This document shows positions 61,053 to 64,000 of a stretch of DNA of 64,000 nt, piece after piece. This DNA is from Fistulifera solaris (lineage: Eukaryota), in NCBI GenBank assembly GCA_030295235.1, contig AP026127.1, forward strand, positions 1,240,001 through 1,304,000, written 5' to 3'. Numbering within the stretch: the stretch's first letter is position 1; each line of letters starts with the position of its first letter. The notes beneath the pieces were generated by a model that worked only from the letters and a program-made list of their open reading frames with translations, was not told where the DNA came from and ran no database searches. A program made the position numbers and the translations under genes.

Positions 61053-61886
61053 ATGCGACTGTTGCCTTTTCTATCTCGTACAGCAATCACCTTCCTGCGA
61101 GGAGGCGCCAACAATAGTACAATGAGCACACACGAAGGATCCTCGTTGTCCATCGCCCCGGCATCATCTCTACTCGACCGTCTGCCTCCGCTCGACCCGA
61201 CAATACATCAACGGCGTATCATACTTGTTCGTCACGGAGAAACAGACTGGAACAGACGAGGTCTTATGCAGGGAGGAGGATTCGATATTGAATTGAATGA
61301 ACACGGCAAACGACAAGCGCGTCAGGTAGCACACGAGTTGGTGACTCTCATGGCGAACCGAGAAACGGTAGTATTGGCGTCGTCGCACCTGCAACGCGCT
61401 GCACAGACCGCGGATGTCTTGCACGAGATCTGGAAAACACAACATGCGCACTTGGAGGTTGCACGAGTCACCTTAAAAGAATTCGGTGAAATGCGATTTG
61501 GTAATCTGGAAGGAAATGCACTGCGAGGACCCGAGGCCACAGACGAAAGTAAGGCGTTATTTCGTGACAACAATTACAAAATGACACAAGACAAACACGT
61601 GTGTTGGCCGGGAGGTGGAGAGTCAACGGCAGATGTGGAAACGAGAGGTTTGCAAGGACTCGACGCGCTGACGAAGCAGTATCCCGACGCGGATTTGCTC
61701 GTCATTGTCGCCCACGGACGGTTCAATAAAATACTCCTGGCGTCGCTCCTTTACAAAAATGTGCTACAACATTCAGAAATCGAACAAGGAAACACGTGTA
61801 TCAATGTAATTGATCAGCGAAAGGATGGGAAGTACGAACAAGTTGTTCTAAACTACTTGGGACACCTTCGTAATGAGTGTGATTGA
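61053..61886 (+). CDS. Histidine phosphatase / phosphoglycerate mutase family protein
   Basis: LVRHGETDWN, SSHLQRAAQTA, EMRFGNLEG, GGGES, VAHG; N-terminus resembles a mitochondrial presequence. Confidence 0.92.
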   Translation: MRLLPFLSRTAITFLRGGANNSTMSTHEGSSLSIAPASSLLDRLPPLDPTIHQRRIILVRHGETDWNRRGLMQGGGFDIELNEHGKRQARQVAHELVTLMANRETVVLASSHLQRAAQTADVLHEIWKTQHAHLEVARVTLKEFGEMRFGNLEGNALRGPEATDESKALFRDNNYKMTQDKHVCWPGGGESTADVETRGLQGLDALTKQYPDADLLVIVAHGRFNKILLASLLYKNVLQHSEIEQGNTCINVIDQRKDGKYEQVVLNYLGHLRNECD

Positions 61887-62163
61887 TTGTCGAGGGGTTG
61901 AATCTTTGATAGTGGAGAAAGTTTGCCGATCTAGACGACGTGTTTATGACAGAACGACACTAATACATGGAAACAAGGAGGTCGCTGATGCACCAGTGCC
62001 CAAGTATTGTCGCGATTCTGATGAAAAAGACATCAATTTGGAGGCAGCAAAATTTACTCTTGGACGCTGATTGGGTCTATCTCGCGCAACCTCTGCTAGT
62101 ACATGCAACATGTTTAACCCTATAGATTACATTAACACTAACACACTTCCGATACCATATAAA

Positions 62164-64000
62164 TTACCAAGTGCTGCTTCCAGCAGAAGATTGCTGACAA
62201 AACTCTGTGAAAGTCATGTTGTTTTCCGTGGAGATTGCGATAGGTTCAGGATAATTGAAGAGAGTGACGCACTCGCACAGCACTGGACGTCGGCTGGTTC
62301 CGTAACCGCTTCCACAGCTGTAAATAATCTCGCACAGGGAGCGCGTCGAATCATGGCAGCCAATTACGTCCTCTAAACTTGTTTCGCAGCGAATATATTG
62401 AACGTTTTGAGCTTTGTCGTCAATCATCGGAACTACATCGCGCTCCGGAATGATGTTGAAGGTCTTACTGTCAAGAGCTTCTGCCGAAAGCGGAGGATCG
62501 AAGGAACTGCGAGACAACATTGCGTTGGGGGCTGAAAGACCAACCCCGAGAGCCCCTGTTTGTGCAGCAGATCTTAATAATAAGTTGAAAGGCCAGTTTA
62601 GTAGAAGCGATCATCATAGTCGGTCACATCGAAGTAGACACTCACATCAAAGTCAAGCCACCCCCTAAGCTGTGTCCTGTGATACCGACTCCACCGTAGA
62701 TACCGGCTCGCACGCCTTCCTGAATGTACTTGACAAAGGCCGTTGTATCCCGGTAGAAAGATACGCGGTCGATACTCTCACTCTCAACCTGTGACATCAA
62801 CTTAATAAGTCTTCTCATCACCGGCGTGAAAACGATTCCAACCGGTAACAGTTCTCTCAAACCCTGCATCAAAAGGCAGCGCTCCATAATTGAGCATCAG
62901 TCAACATGTCCCAATTATTTGTTGTTCCGCGAATGAGCACGTAAGAAAAGTTATTGTTTTGAGGAAATGTGACAAGCTTGAATGAAACTGCTGAAGATTC
63001 GTCCTCAGCCCGAGAACGCCACTCCTCAACCACATCATCCCTATCAACCGCCCCACCATCAAACCATCCATCAAGTTCCCTTTGAGTAACATTTCCTCTT
63101 CCACGGTAAGCAAGGCCAGCCAAGAACGCAAAATCTGTTGTCAAGGTAAGAAATCAGCAGTCGCAGCATTACATAATCAAATCCAATGACGTACCGGCCA
63201 TAGATTGCAAGGGACTGTTGCCTAGATCAGCACTGATTCTGCAGGAAGGATATCTCGTAGAGTCTTGCTGGTCATATCTGTAATCAAATGAATAAGTATA
63301 TGGGGTATCGAACGTAGCCAACGAGTCCACGTCGTTTGACACCGCGCCAAGAAAGAGAGCAAGGAACACAAATCCAATAGTTCCGAGAACAGTTACCCAA
63401 GCGCCCCGACTACGACCCCTTGTAATGTTGCCAATAATCTCACTCATGCGCGATTGATTTTTCCAAACTTCTTCTTCGTTGGCACCGTCGACGATATCCA
63501 TGTGACCAGTTTCCTCTAGTACAAGGACTGCGTTCACATAGTATCGACAGAAACTGATTCCAGCAACGACGAAGAAAATCAAAGCGAGTGGATAGTTTGC
63601 GATGGACATCAAGCTGATCAACGGATAACTGAAGAAGAGACCGACTTCGACAACGAACATGATCCAACAGAAAAATTCCGTCGGTTTGGATATTCGAAAC
63701 ACTTCATCGACCGCGTAGACGGCCTGACTGACCTCAACCTCTTCACTTTTCTGCTGGAACTGATCGCGGGCAAAGTTAATATCCGAACCGAACTTATAAA
63801 GCCGGTAGGACGATTTAAATGTCGGGTAGAAAAAACAGAGCCCAGCAGCAATGATGAACATCGTAAATGGTACTCCCATACCGAGATAAATGAGCAGAGA
63901 AAAGAAGAAGAACACGAGCAAGAAAGAGCCGATACCCGAGCACAAAATCGAGCTTTTGATCTCCGCCTCAGTCAATGCGCCAGGGCCTTTGACAATTGCA
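62164..64000 (-). CDS. Multi-TM protein with C-terminal class 3 lipase domain (5' end outside window; spliced, with an indel near 62872)
   Basis: LIRGT, ITGHSLGGG, NIIPERDVVPMID, GCH; several N-terminal TM helices. Confidence 0.88.

Overview
Gene-dense eukaryotic nuclear DNA, most likely from a diatom. This is inferred from short GT-AG introns of about 65-90 nt, bipartite plastid signal peptides, a single-domain EukCatA-type channel and a CoDi-like Copia element. The window holds about 25 protein-coding genes, including RAPTOR, an SQD2-like glycosyltransferase, a SET protein, DPH2, a cyclophilin, a GYF protein, RPL30, a TAF4-like protein, a histidine phosphatase and a class 3 lipase. Many are broken by 1-nt indels, mostly in homopolymers, which are probably assembly errors. 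Highlights: (1) a very young full-length Ty1/Copia element with non-canonical AG...CT LTR termini, a half-tRNA primer site and a membrane-spanning segment inside its polyprotein; (2) a 79-bp mobile element with 3-bp CWG duplications, one copy of which disrupts a gene but supplies a splice donor that could restore the frame, plus four older relatives sitting as pairs in promoter regions; (3) a second intergenic family built on a GACT-N7-AGTC dyad, found as ~205-245 bp dimers or trimers at five loci; (4) two satellite arrays built from the same ~52-bp palindromic monomer. All calls were made by eye, with no database searches.
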